Of a stretch of DNA of 64,000 nt, positions 49,463-58,757 are shown one piece after another. The position numbers and the translations under genes are program-made. This DNA is from an uncultured candidate division Zixibacteria bacterium (GTDB taxonomy: Bacteria; Zixibacteria; MSB-5A5; GN15; PGXB01). The notes beneath the pieces were generated by a model. The model had not been told where the DNA came from and made no database searches. It saw only the letters and a program-made list of their open reading frames with translations. The stretch covers positions 1,120,001 to 1,184,000 of the forward strand of contig OY969724.1 of NCBI GenBank assembly GCA_963702205.1, given 5' to 3'. Positions within the stretch are counted from its first letter, which is position 1. Every line of letters starts with the position of its first letter.

Positions 49463-50680
49463 ATGTCCTTGAGTCCGACATATCTAAAACGGCTGGCACT
49501 GATTCTCCCGGTGCTGTGCGTTTTAATTTTTGCCACGGCGCCGTCGTCACACGCCTATGACCTGGAAGTCTTGGTTGGCGATACCAGCGGACTGCCCGGC
49601 ACGCAAAATTCAGTAATCTCCGTATTCATGCGGAACTATACGGACACCGTCGCCGCTTTCGAACTTTGGCTGGTGCTTTCAAACCCTGACATCCTTCAGT
49701 TTCAGACTAACACCGATACAATATCGGTCTTGCGATACTGGGCCTGTGATGAATATGACGGTGCCGTTTGCACGTCGTATGTCGAGGTTTCGGATTATTG
49801 GGTCTGCCAGCAGTACGAGGGTGAAAATTGTGTCGACTCGGCCTTAATTCTGGGGTTCTGGCATTGTCTGGATACGAATGCATTAGGCGATTGCATAGAC
49901 TCCACCTTCCTGCCCGGATTTGATTCGACAAGCATAGATACGGTGGCGGCCCAGGTGGGTAATCTGGATACGGTCGGGACGCTGATTTCAGGATGGGAGT
50001 TGGTTGATTCGCGATCGCTGGCGGGCACGGGATATGACTTAAAGATCACGGCGTCCACGGAGGTTCCGCCAATATCACCGCCGTTCGTCCCGGGGATCGG
50101 TTATCCGCAATACGGAGAAATTCCATTGATAAAGATTTTGGGCGATATAAAACCGATTGCGGACAGTGCCACCAATCGAACTGTCGATATAAAGATTGAG
50201 GCGAACAGCCTGAACAATTTTAGTTTTTCGGACGAGGACGGTAATGGAATCGGCGTGATTACTGAGGAGATCGAAGATACCCTCTGGTGGGAATGCCAGC
50301 AGTGGGTCGATCCTCCGGACAATACTATCTGCTATAACTACAAGCGTGTTTCGGTCGGGCCATCGGATTCGTTCTCGCTGGATACGATTCTGGTCGGCCA
50401 TCTGGATACGACCGCCGTCTTTTTGAAGAATGGCTCTCTGACGGTTTTGCGGGGGCTTTGCGGCGACGCCAATCATGATAACAACGTCAATCTTCTGGAT
50501 ATATTATTCTTGATTTCCAGCATTTATGGCAGTGGCCCGGACCCGGATAACCCGCTGCTGGCTGACTGTAACTGTGACGGCCAGGCCGGGGCCAATATCA
50601 ACCTGCTGGATATTTTGTATTTGATAGGTTTCCTCTATGACGTTCCGCACGGACCGGCTCCGTGCTGTGAAGGATTTTAG
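49463..50680 (+). CDS. Secreted cohesin-like protein with Cys-paired inserts and C-terminal dockerin-like domain
   Basis: AAGGAGG RBS, signal peptide; GDTSGLPG..VISVFMRN..AAFELWL; WxC-x7-11-C repeats; CGDANHDNNVNLLDILFLI / DCNCDG...NLLDILYLI. Confidence 0.75.
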   Translation: MSLSPTYLKRLALILPVLCVLIFATAPSSHAYDLEVLVGDTSGLPGTQNSVISVFMRNYTDTVAAFELWLVLSNPDILQFQTNTDTISVLRYWACDEYDGAVCTSYVEVSDYWVCQQYEGENCVDSALILGFWHCLDTNALGDCIDSTFLPGFDSTSIDTVAAQVGNLDTVGTLISGWELVDSRSLAGTGYDLKITASTEVPPISPPFVPGIGYPQYGEIPLIKILGDIKPIADSATNRTVDIKIEANSLNNFSFSDEDGNGIGVITEEIEDTLWWECQQWVDPPDNTICYNYKRVSVGPSDSFSLDTILVGHLDTTAVFLKNGSLTVLRGLCGDANHDNNVNLLDILFLISSIYGSGPDPDNPLLADCNCDGQAGANINLLDILYLIGFLYDVPHGPAPCCEGF

Positions 50681-50993
50681 GCTTAACGGGAAATTAACTT
50701 TGAAATAGTAAAAACCTGACATACAGAGGTCAGATTAACTTTGAGGAATCAACTTTATGAAAGAAAGAAAGGAGGTGAAGCTTTAAAGAGGTAATTTTGG
50801 ATTACACGCGCTCAGAAGAGAGAAGATAACATTATTCTTCTAAATCGGAGATCTTGTGCTTCGCAAGGCTTGGTGGCTCTCGCCGGCGGAGAAAGAAAAG
50901 ATTTCTGATGACCCTGAGGGGGGTTAAACGATTCATAACAAAAGGAATCGTAAGTAAATGTTTAGACTTAACGAAACAAAACAGGAGTACAAA

Positions 50994-53600
50994 ATGAAAC
51001 GCAGTTTGTTTGTACTTGCCGTATTGCTTCTTTCTTTTGGGCTGGCTTCCGCTGATGTTGGTTTTCGTGTAGAATTTACCGGTACGATGGTTTCGGGGAT
51101 GTTAACCCCGGGCAATTTCGGTATTGAACTCTATATGACCAACGACGCAAATCAGCGCAACGGCTATTCCATGCCGTTGCAATTTTCCGGCACCGGTGGC
51201 GTCGCCACCGTGACCTGGGTGGATGCCGGTGTCCCGGCTCCGGAAGGCGGCTACATGGGCGGCGCTATGGAAATCCTGAGCAACTTCGCTCCGGGTTTCT
51301 ATGCCGGCGTTCGTTTCACGGCATTGAACACTATTGTGGCGGACTACGACGGCAATCTTCCTGATACCGTCAACCACTCGCTGGCCACGACTTCCGGCGG
51401 CTGGGCTCCCAATGAGCCGGAGCTGCTCGTCTATCGTTGGCACTTGAATTTCGATGCGACCGGTATGGACACTGGTGTCATTGGCGACGTCTGTGTCGAC
51501 TCGATCAAGCATGCCAACTCGACCTACGACTGGTTGTGGCTGCCTCCGTCAGGCCCGTTCGGTGGTCCGTATTGTGCGACCATGTACAACCCGCCGAATT
51601 TGGCCCCGCAGTTCACCAATTGCCCGAGCACTGACATTTCGCTCCAGTGGAGTGATCAAGTCTCTCGCGATTTCACGCTCACCGATAATGACGGTGATGC
51701 GGTTACCGGTGCTTCTGCTGATGTTGGTACGGCTACCGTTGCCAATGCTACCACGATACATTGGGTTTATGATCCCGGTTGTGCCGACGTCGGTTCGCAT
51801 GACGTTACCGTTTGTGGTACGGATAATTTCCATACCTGCCCGACGGGTAGTGAATGTGTGTTCACGGTGACGGTTCTCAATACCGCTCCGACGTTCACCA
51901 ACTGCCCGGCTCCGGGATTTAAGGTTCCGGTCAGCATAGTTGGTGATGCTTCCTTCGATCTGAATGCTAGCGATGCTAATGCCGGTGACGTTCTCACGTT
52001 TTCGGTATCAGATCCTTGTGCTTCGGTCGATGCCAATGGCGTTGTGACTCTTGACGGCGCCTGTGTCGGTGTTGAAGGGGACCACCCTGTAACTGTGACT
52101 GTTACTGACTGCGCTGGTGATACCGATGAATGCGTTGTCACGTTTAATATTCAGTCCGAACTGCCGTATGACATCGTGATCGAAAAGGTCGAAGGTCAGC
52201 ATCAGGGCATGTATGCCACCGTCGACGTAACCAAGACGGGCGGCACGAACGATATGTATGGTTTTGATTTCCTGATTGCCTATGACGCCTCGGCTCTCAA
52301 TGCCATGGGCGCCATTCCCGGCGTTCTCTTCGATAACCCCGGTGCTTTCCAGTGGGAATACTTCACCTATCGTTTCGGTCCCTTCGGTAACTGCGGCAGC
52401 GCCTGCCCGAGCGGCATGATCCGTGTGGTTGGTATTGCCGATCAGAATGACGGCCCGAATCATCCGCTGGATTTTGAAGTTCCTAACGGCACGGTTCTGT
52501 TCCAGTTGAACTTCCTGGTCAGCAATGACCGGACGTTCGAATGTCAGTATGTGCCGATTCGGTTCTTCTGGATGGATTGCGGCGACAACACGATCGCCTA
52601 TCATTCAGGAGTCGATCCCGATCCGCTGTCAATCCTGACGGGCGTTTCGTTGACCGTAAATGCCTACTCGGGTCCCAGCACCTATCTTGACATTACCGAT
52701 CCTAACACCGGTTTCCCGACCTTCACAGGCTTCCAGCCTGATCTGTGTCCGGGTGAACCTGGCAAACCGCCGGCGAAACCGTTTATCAACTTCTTCAACG
52801 GTGGTATCGATATCATCTGCTCCGAAGATATCGACGCTCGCGGTGATATCAACCTCAACGGCATCTCCAATGAAATTGCTGACGCCGTTGTCTTCACCAA
52901 CTACTTCATCTATGGTCTGCCGGCCTTCACGGTCAACGTGGATGGTCAGGTTGCCGCTACCGACGTCAATGCCGACGGTATCGTGCTGTCCGTGGCTGAC
53001 CTTGTTTACCTGATTCGTGTCATCGTTGGTGATGCTCTGCCTTATCCGAAACTGGCTGCGGCCGGTCAGGCCCACTTCACTCTCGAAAACGGCCAGATCG
53101 TAACCGATGCTAATCTCGGTGCGGCTCTGTTTGTCTTTGACGGTAAAGTCGACGTTTCGGCTACCGCTGGTGATTTCCAGGTCAAATCCGACTTCGTTAA
53201 CGGTCAGACCCGCGCGCTGGTTTACAGCTTCGATCAGGGTGCCGTTATCACCGGTGCTGTCCTGAATGCCGGCGAACTTCCGTCATCGGTTGAAGCCGTC
53301 GATTACTATGGTGCCGTTTATAGCGCCAGCATAGTCCCGACGACCTTCACCATGAGCAACTACCCGAACCCGTTCAACCCCGTGACCACAATCCAGATGA
53401 ATATTCCTGGAACTGAAGAAACCGACTTCACGGTCGAGGTCTTCAACGTTGCTGGTCAGAAGGTCGCTACGTTAAACGGCCGCGGTGTTGGTCAGGTCTC
53501 GGTAGATTGGGATGCTTCGAATGTTGCTTCCGGTATCTATTTCTATCGTGGAACCGCCGCAGGCGCTTCCGCTACTGCAAAGATGGTACTGCTGAAGTAA
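50994..53600 (+). CDS. Secreted multi-domain protein: Ig/cadherin-like, cohesin-like, internal dockerin-like, NYPNPFNP C-terminal domain
   Basis: AGGAG RBS, MKRSLFVLAVLLLSFGLASA; YGFDFLIAYDASAL...WEYFTYR; GDINLNGISNEIADAV / DVNADGIVLSVADLVYLI; NYPNPFNP...SGIYFYR...KMVLLK. Confidence 0.85.
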   Translation: MKRSLFVLAVLLLSFGLASADVGFRVEFTGTMVSGMLTPGNFGIELYMTNDANQRNGYSMPLQFSGTGGVATVTWVDAGVPAPEGGYMGGAMEILSNFAPGFYAGVRFTALNTIVADYDGNLPDTVNHSLATTSGGWAPNEPELLVYRWHLNFDATGMDTGVIGDVCVDSIKHANSTYDWLWLPPSGPFGGPYCATMYNPPNLAPQFTNCPSTDISLQWSDQVSRDFTLTDNDGDAVTGASADVGTATVANATTIHWVYDPGCADVGSHDVTVCGTDNFHTCPTGSECVFTVTVLNTAPTFTNCPAPGFKVPVSIVGDASFDLNASDANAGDVLTFSVSDPCASVDANGVVTLDGACVGVEGDHPVTVTVTDCAGDTDECVVTFNIQSELPYDIVIEKVEGQHQGMYATVDVTKTGGTNDMYGFDFLIAYDASALNAMGAIPGVLFDNPGAFQWEYFTYRFGPFGNCGSACPSGMIRVVGIADQNDGPNHPLDFEVPNGTVLFQLNFLVSNDRTFECQYVPIRFFWMDCGDNTIAYHSGVDPDPLSILTGVSLTVNAYSGPSTYLDITDPNTGFPTFTGFQPDLCPGEPGKPPAKPFINFFNGGIDIICSEDIDARGDINLNGISNEIADAVVFTNYFIYGLPAFTVNVDGQVAATDVNADGIVLSVADLVYLIRVIVGDALPYPKLAAAGQAHFTLENGQIVTDANLGAALFVFDGKVDVSATAGDFQVKSDFVNGQTRALVYSFDQGAVITGAVLNAGELPSSVEAVDYYGAVYSASIVPTTFTMSNYPNPFNPVTTIQMNIPGTEETDFTVEVFNVAGQKVATLNGRGVGQVSVDWDASNVASGIYFYRGTAAGASATAKMVLLK

Positions 53601-53615
53601 CCTTTGGCATACAAC

Positions 53616-53653
53616 TATTTCCGTGGGAAGGTTCAATCCTTCCCTCGGAAATA
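53616..53653 (+). terminator. Long 3' hairpin after the 50994 gene (stabiliser or terminator)
   Basis: TATTTCCG-T-GGGAAGG-loop-CCTTCCC-T-CGGAAATA; a second stem with a U-tract (ACCCTGAA...TTCAGGGT-CTTTTTG) at 53739-53797. Confidence 0.55.
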
Positions 53654-54127
53654 AAAATGGGGAGAAGGGCACAAAGAGAGTAGTTAGATAAGAGAAAAGC
53701 TTTTAGGTGAAATAAAAAAAGTGAAAATGTTAGAAGATACCCTGAAAAGCACGGAAGTTGAAGTCCTCACAATAGTTCAGGGTCTTTTTGTTTTTTTGGC
53801 ACGGATCGCCTGTGAAATCAATTGCAACTTATTGCATCAATATCGAAATCGTTTTGGTATTTTATCAAAAATAATTACCCGCCGCAACAATAACCCTATT
53901 TATGAAAATCCCGGGGGTTAGTAAGAGTATTTTTTAAAGGTTAAGGAAGATTATTGATTTGAAAGAATAACTCGTTGTGCGCAAAAACATTATGGGCACG
54001 ATAGGGCGCTGACAATGAGTTGAAGAAAAGAAGCTGGCACCTTGGGTATCATGTCGTTGAATCTTTGATCAATTTCCCGGGGTTGGTCTGCTTATTGCTC
54101 AAAATGGTTTGGGCTTGAGATATAATT

Positions 54128-56107
54128 ATGAGCAATAAAGGGAACATAAGAGTCATAAGCGGTTTGCTTTGCGGAGCGGCCTGGCTGATTTTGGCGACGT
54201 CCTCATCGGCCAACGGCCTTCCGCATTTTCAGTCTTTGTCTCGTCAGTATGTGCTTGAAGGACAAAGGCTTGAGGTGAATGTGGACTGCCGTGACGCCGA
54301 TGGCGACCAGTTGACTCTCCAGGCTTCCAACCGGCCGGTCGGCTCTCAGTTTACCGATAACGGCGACGGCACCGGCGTGCTGGTCTGGACGCCTGATTTT
54401 TCCGGGCCCAATTCTTCCGAAAATTCTCCTTTCGAAATAACGATCTGGGCCTCTGATGGCGTCGGTTCATCGTCGATGAACGTCGAACTGGACGTACTGA
54501 ACAACAACCGCGCCCCGGTCATAACGGCCCCGAGCCGTGTGGATATCCAGTCTGGTCAGGACCTTGCGTTTAGCGCGCAGGGTTCCGACCCGGATGGGGA
54601 TCAGCTCAGCTGGAACATTCTGGATCTTCCCGCCGGAGCCGGCTACAGTATTTCCGATGGTCTGTCGGTCGACTGGCCGACCGCTTATGCCGACAGCGGC
54701 ATGCACAATATTGTCGTGGAACTGACGGATCAGTTCGGCGCGTCCGATACGGCGCTGATAGTCGCGGCCGTGGCCCAGACGACCGTTTTCGCGATGAGTG
54801 TCGATACGCTTTCGGCCTATCCCGGAGAAATGGTCAATATCAACGTCAACCTCGATAATCTTGAACCCGTCTCCGGTTTCAACGTGGTCGTGAATTACGA
54901 TGCCTCGTCGATGGCGCTGGCCTCGGTTATGAACGCCGGAACCCGATCGGCGAATTTCGAATATTTCACGTTCAAGATGAATTATCGTTCGATATCCGGT
55001 GACGTGAATATCGTCGGGGCCGCCGATCCCGAAGGCAACGGCCCCGGAGTCAATCTGGACCCAGGGCATGGTTCGATTGCGAGACTGCGCTTTCTTATGC
55101 CGTCGGGTTCGGAATATTCCGGATTTGCCCTCCCGATTGAATTCGTTTTCAGGGACATTATGGACGGCAAGGATAACACGGTAACGGCCGGTGACGGCAC
55201 ACAAATTACGCAGAGCCAGGTGGATTATGCCGACGGTTATGCCCTGGTTTTGAAAAGTACGGAAGAGGGGATAGGAGACATAAATTTGAACGGCATCGCT
55301 TTTGAGATCTCCGATGCCATATACCTGACCAATTTCTTTATCAATCCGGCCACAAACCCGCTCAATGCCAGACAGCGGCTGAATTCCGATGTCAACCATG
55401 ACGGTCTGACCGGGACGGTGGCCGATCTGGTTTACCTTATTCTGAAAATTGTCAATCCCGGATCCTATCCGAAACCGGTGGCCGGAAATCCGGAAGTGGC
55501 GTTTGAGCTCCTCGGTGCCGATTTCAAAATAAACAGCCCGGTGGAACTGGGCGGCCTGATCGTGACCGCTGAACTCGCTGATGACGCCGAAGCGGGAATA
55601 GTCTCGGATTTGAGCGAGATGGGCATGACAGTAAAATCCGGTCGGGAAGGCCGGACCCTCCGGATTTTGGTTTACGGCGGTGACGGACAGGTCTTGCCGT
55701 CAGGATCAAACGACCTTTTCAGGATTGAAAATAATGAAGCTATTGAAATAAAAGACGTGCAGGCGGCTTCGGCCGACGGGCGCGTTCTGGCGGCAGTTGG
55801 CAGCGTCGGGACGGCGTCATCGGTTCCGACCGGTTTTGTTCTGCATCAGAATTATCCCAATCCGTTCAACCCGGCGACGGAAATCAGGTTCGACCTGCCG
55901 TACACCGCCAAAGTTGAACTGAAAGTTTTTAACGTTCTCGGGCAGGAAATCGCAACCCTGTTGAGCCGGGAACTGCCGTCGGGCAGCCATTCGGTAACGT
56001 GGAATGGCCGCGACGATTATGACCAGCCGGTGAGCAGCGGGGTATATTTTTATCGCCTCGAGGCCGGTGGTAACAGCATAAGCAAAAAAATGATTCTTAT
56101 AAAGTAG
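54128..56107 (+). CDS. Secreted protein: two cadherin/Ig-like, cohesin-like, internal dockerin-like, NYPNPFNP C-terminal domain
   Basis: DADGDQLT..FTDNGDGTG..WTP; AYPGEMVNINVNLDNLEPVSGFNVVVNYD; GDINLNGIAFEISDA / DVNHDGLTGTVADLVYLI; HQNYPNPFNP...KMILIK. Confidence 0.85.
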   Translation: MSNKGNIRVISGLLCGAAWLILATSSSANGLPHFQSLSRQYVLEGQRLEVNVDCRDADGDQLTLQASNRPVGSQFTDNGDGTGVLVWTPDFSGPNSSENSPFEITIWASDGVGSSSMNVELDVLNNNRAPVITAPSRVDIQSGQDLAFSAQGSDPDGDQLSWNILDLPAGAGYSISDGLSVDWPTAYADSGMHNIVVELTDQFGASDTALIVAAVAQTTVFAMSVDTLSAYPGEMVNINVNLDNLEPVSGFNVVVNYDASSMALASVMNAGTRSANFEYFTFKMNYRSISGDVNIVGAADPEGNGPGVNLDPGHGSIARLRFLMPSGSEYSGFALPIEFVFRDIMDGKDNTVTAGDGTQITQSQVDYADGYALVLKSTEEGIGDINLNGIAFEISDAIYLTNFFINPATNPLNARQRLNSDVNHDGLTGTVADLVYLILKIVNPGSYPKPVAGNPEVAFELLGADFKINSPVELGGLIVTAELADDAEAGIVSDLSEMGMTVKSGREGRTLRILVYGGDGQVLPSGSNDLFRIENNEAIEIKDVQAASADGRVLAAVGSVGTASSVPTGFVLHQNYPNPFNPATEIRFDLPYTAKVELKVFNVLGQEIATLLSRELPSGSHSVTWNGRDDYDQPVSSGVYFYRLEAGGNSISKKMILIK

Positions 56108-56118
56108 AGGATAAGACT

Positions 56119-58680
56119 ATGGCTCAGAAAAAAATGTTGAATCTTGACATATTCAAGAGGTGGCGCATGCAGCCCTTCAAAATACCGATTTTGTTTTTAT
56201 TTTCGCTTTTGCTTTTATCACCGTTGGCATTTAGCCAGACCAATCCGAATAACCCGATTAACTGGACCCCTCCGAATAACTTCCAAATAGATTTGGGCGA
56301 TGTTGCGGGTCGTTACGGCGATACGGTACGGGTACCGATATACATGCTGAACGTCAGAACGCTTACCGGATTTTTAATGAGAATCGAATATGATACGACC
56401 ATGCTGTCACCGGTCGATTATCTGGTTAACGGTTTGCCGCAAACCCAGATCCCCATTTATGACAGTTTGGAACTGGTCGGACGCGGCTTAAACTCGTTGT
56501 ATCGCGATTCTATTAGATATTGCCTGGGAGAAATACCCCAGGAGCAAATAACATCAAAACCGTCCATTTATGCGCTGCATGACAAGACCAGTGAAATTAA
56601 TTGGAACGCCCTGTTTGTGCAGTTCCTGCCTTCACTGCCGCCGAGTAATATTGATTCCACCACACCACAGGAAATATTGGACTGTTATGAAGCGGCCAAG
56701 ATTCCGTCCTATGGGGTAGTCAGTCCTATTATGAATATTCTGTTTGAAGTCAAAGATGGGTTAACTGACGGAATGAAAGACACGCTAAGATTCTGGGATT
56801 ATCGACCGGTCGATACAACAATAGACCCTCCGGCCGATTTTCGTGACAACCAATTGACTGATTCGACCGGCGCCAATTTCTATCCCTATCGTTATACCGG
56901 CATTTTCACGGTAGGAGAACAGACGGGCTTTGACTGTTCTCAGTGCCCGTATGGGTGCGACAATGTTGCGGATACATGTTACAGCGCACCATCCGGCTCA
57001 AACCATGCGCCTACAATAGGGGCGATAAGCCCTTCAACATTCGAAGTTACTCAGGGAGAATCCGTGCCGACGGTAACGGTTACGGCGACCGATCAGGATG
57101 GGGACGTGGTTTCATTGCTGGCGTCGAATCTGCCGAGCGGTGCGACGTTTTCGCCGTCGAATCCCGTCACCGGGACGGGCAGTGCGACCGGATCGTTTAA
57201 CTGGACACCGTCTCTTTCCACCGCCGCGGGTTCGTATGTAGCTAATTTCAGGGCCACCGATGCCAACAATGCGCAGTCGGCAATTACGTCGATTGTGATA
57301 AATGTCAGCGCCATTGATATAGACAGATTATACACCAATTCGGCTTATGGCGGTAAACCGGTCGGCGGTATTCCCGGGGCCGGGCCGATTGCTTTCCCGA
57401 TTGACCTGGTAACGTCGAAGACCGTTTACGGTATCGATTTTTATATGGATTATCCGGGGAACATTGCGGACCTGGATTCAATCGCCGTGACAAGCCGGAC
57501 GCCGGAATACGTAGTATATGAAAATATCGGGCAGTTTCCCGATACGGTCAAGGTCGTCACTTTCGGTCTGGCCAATGAAGTGATGGGCGACCCGGATCAA
57601 ATCGACGGGACCGCCATTCTCAAGGCCTTTATGACCATCGATTCCTCGGCCGTGCCGGGCGATTACTGGGTGCATTTATATGACGCGTGGGAGTCGATCG
57701 ATCCCGACCCGGAAGTCGCTTCCCTGTCTCTTATGACCGACTCGGGAGTGGTGCAGGTCGACATGATGGGTGACGTCAACATCGACAAGAGGATAAACGT
57801 GGCCGACCTGGTCAACGTGGTCGGTTATATCATCGGGAATTACCCGCTGACGACCCGACATTTCGCCACGGCCAACGTCGTTACCGATGGTGTGGTCAAC
57901 GTGGTTGATCTGGTAGGCATTGTTAATATGATATTCGGTCGTCCGATCAGTCCGTCGCCGTCGCCGAGCCCCGACAACCGGGCAACGGTGACACTGGCGC
58001 AGGGTGAACTGGCCCAGGGCCAGTATACCAAGCTCAATATAGCCGGTGAGTTTCCCGAAAATGTCGCCGGGATACAGCTCGAAGTTGACTACGATCCGGC
58101 AACCTTTGCGATGGATAAACCGGAAATCCCTCAGAATATAGGTGGGCTGACCATGAGTTATCGCGATGATAAACAGGGCCACCTGAAAATGGTCATGTAC
58201 AGCAGCCGCCCGTGGGATCAGAGTGCGCTGTATAAAGCCGGGCTGTCGAGTATTATCGATTTGCCGGCCATCGTCAAGCAGCATGTCAATGCCGACGATG
58301 CTTCGAAAATCAGGATAAATAAAGTCTATCTGGCCAATGCCAATGCCGGTGAAATACAGGTCGAGGGCGGCTCTGCGCCGATGGTGCCGTCGAGCTTCGT
58401 CCTGCACCAGAATTATCCCAACCCGTTCAATCCGAGCACAACGATCGAGTTCGATATCTCCGCGGACGGTTCCGGCCTCCAGGACGTCGAGCTTTCGATC
58501 TTCAATATATTAGGACAGAAGGTCAGGACACTGGTCAATGAACCGCTGATGCCGGGACATTATTCGGAACAGTGGGACAGCCAGTCCGACAATAGCAAGC
58601 CGGTCGCCACGGGAGTATATCTGTATCGTTTGAAAATCGGCGACAAGCACGAAACAAAGAAAATGGTACTCTTGAAGTAG
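56119..58680 (+). CDS. Secreted protein: multiple cohesin-like and Ig-like domains, internal dockerin-like, NYPNPFNP C-terminal domain
   Basis: GRYGDTVRVPIYMLN..TGFLMRIEYD; VYGIDFYMDYP; GDVNIDKRINVADLV / NVVTDGVVNVVDLV; HQNYPNPFNP...KMVLLK. Confidence 0.85.
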   Translation: MAQKKMLNLDIFKRWRMQPFKIPILFLFSLLLLSPLAFSQTNPNNPINWTPPNNFQIDLGDVAGRYGDTVRVPIYMLNVRTLTGFLMRIEYDTTMLSPVDYLVNGLPQTQIPIYDSLELVGRGLNSLYRDSIRYCLGEIPQEQITSKPSIYALHDKTSEINWNALFVQFLPSLPPSNIDSTTPQEILDCYEAAKIPSYGVVSPIMNILFEVKDGLTDGMKDTLRFWDYRPVDTTIDPPADFRDNQLTDSTGANFYPYRYTGIFTVGEQTGFDCSQCPYGCDNVADTCYSAPSGSNHAPTIGAISPSTFEVTQGESVPTVTVTATDQDGDVVSLLASNLPSGATFSPSNPVTGTGSATGSFNWTPSLSTAAGSYVANFRATDANNAQSAITSIVINVSAIDIDRLYTNSAYGGKPVGGIPGAGPIAFPIDLVTSKTVYGIDFYMDYPGNIADLDSIAVTSRTPEYVVYENIGQFPDTVKVVTFGLANEVMGDPDQIDGTAILKAFMTIDSSAVPGDYWVHLYDAWESIDPDPEVASLSLMTDSGVVQVDMMGDVNIDKRINVADLVNVVGYIIGNYPLTTRHFATANVVTDGVVNVVDLVGIVNMIFGRPISPSPSPSPDNRATVTLAQGELAQGQYTKLNIAGEFPENVAGIQLEVDYDPATFAMDKPEIPQNIGGLTMSYRDDKQGHLKMVMYSSRPWDQSALYKAGLSSIIDLPAIVKQHVNADDASKIRINKVYLANANAGEIQVEGGSAPMVPSSFVLHQNYPNPFNPSTTIEFDISADGSGLQDVELSIFNILGQKVRTLVNEPLMPGHYSEQWDSQSDNSKPVATGVYLYRLKIGDKHETKKMVLLK

Positions 58681-58757
58681 CAGGGGGAGGAAATGAAGCC
58701 GACCATACTATTCGCTGTTTGCCTTGCTACGAATCATTCGGATAGCGAGGTTTGGAG

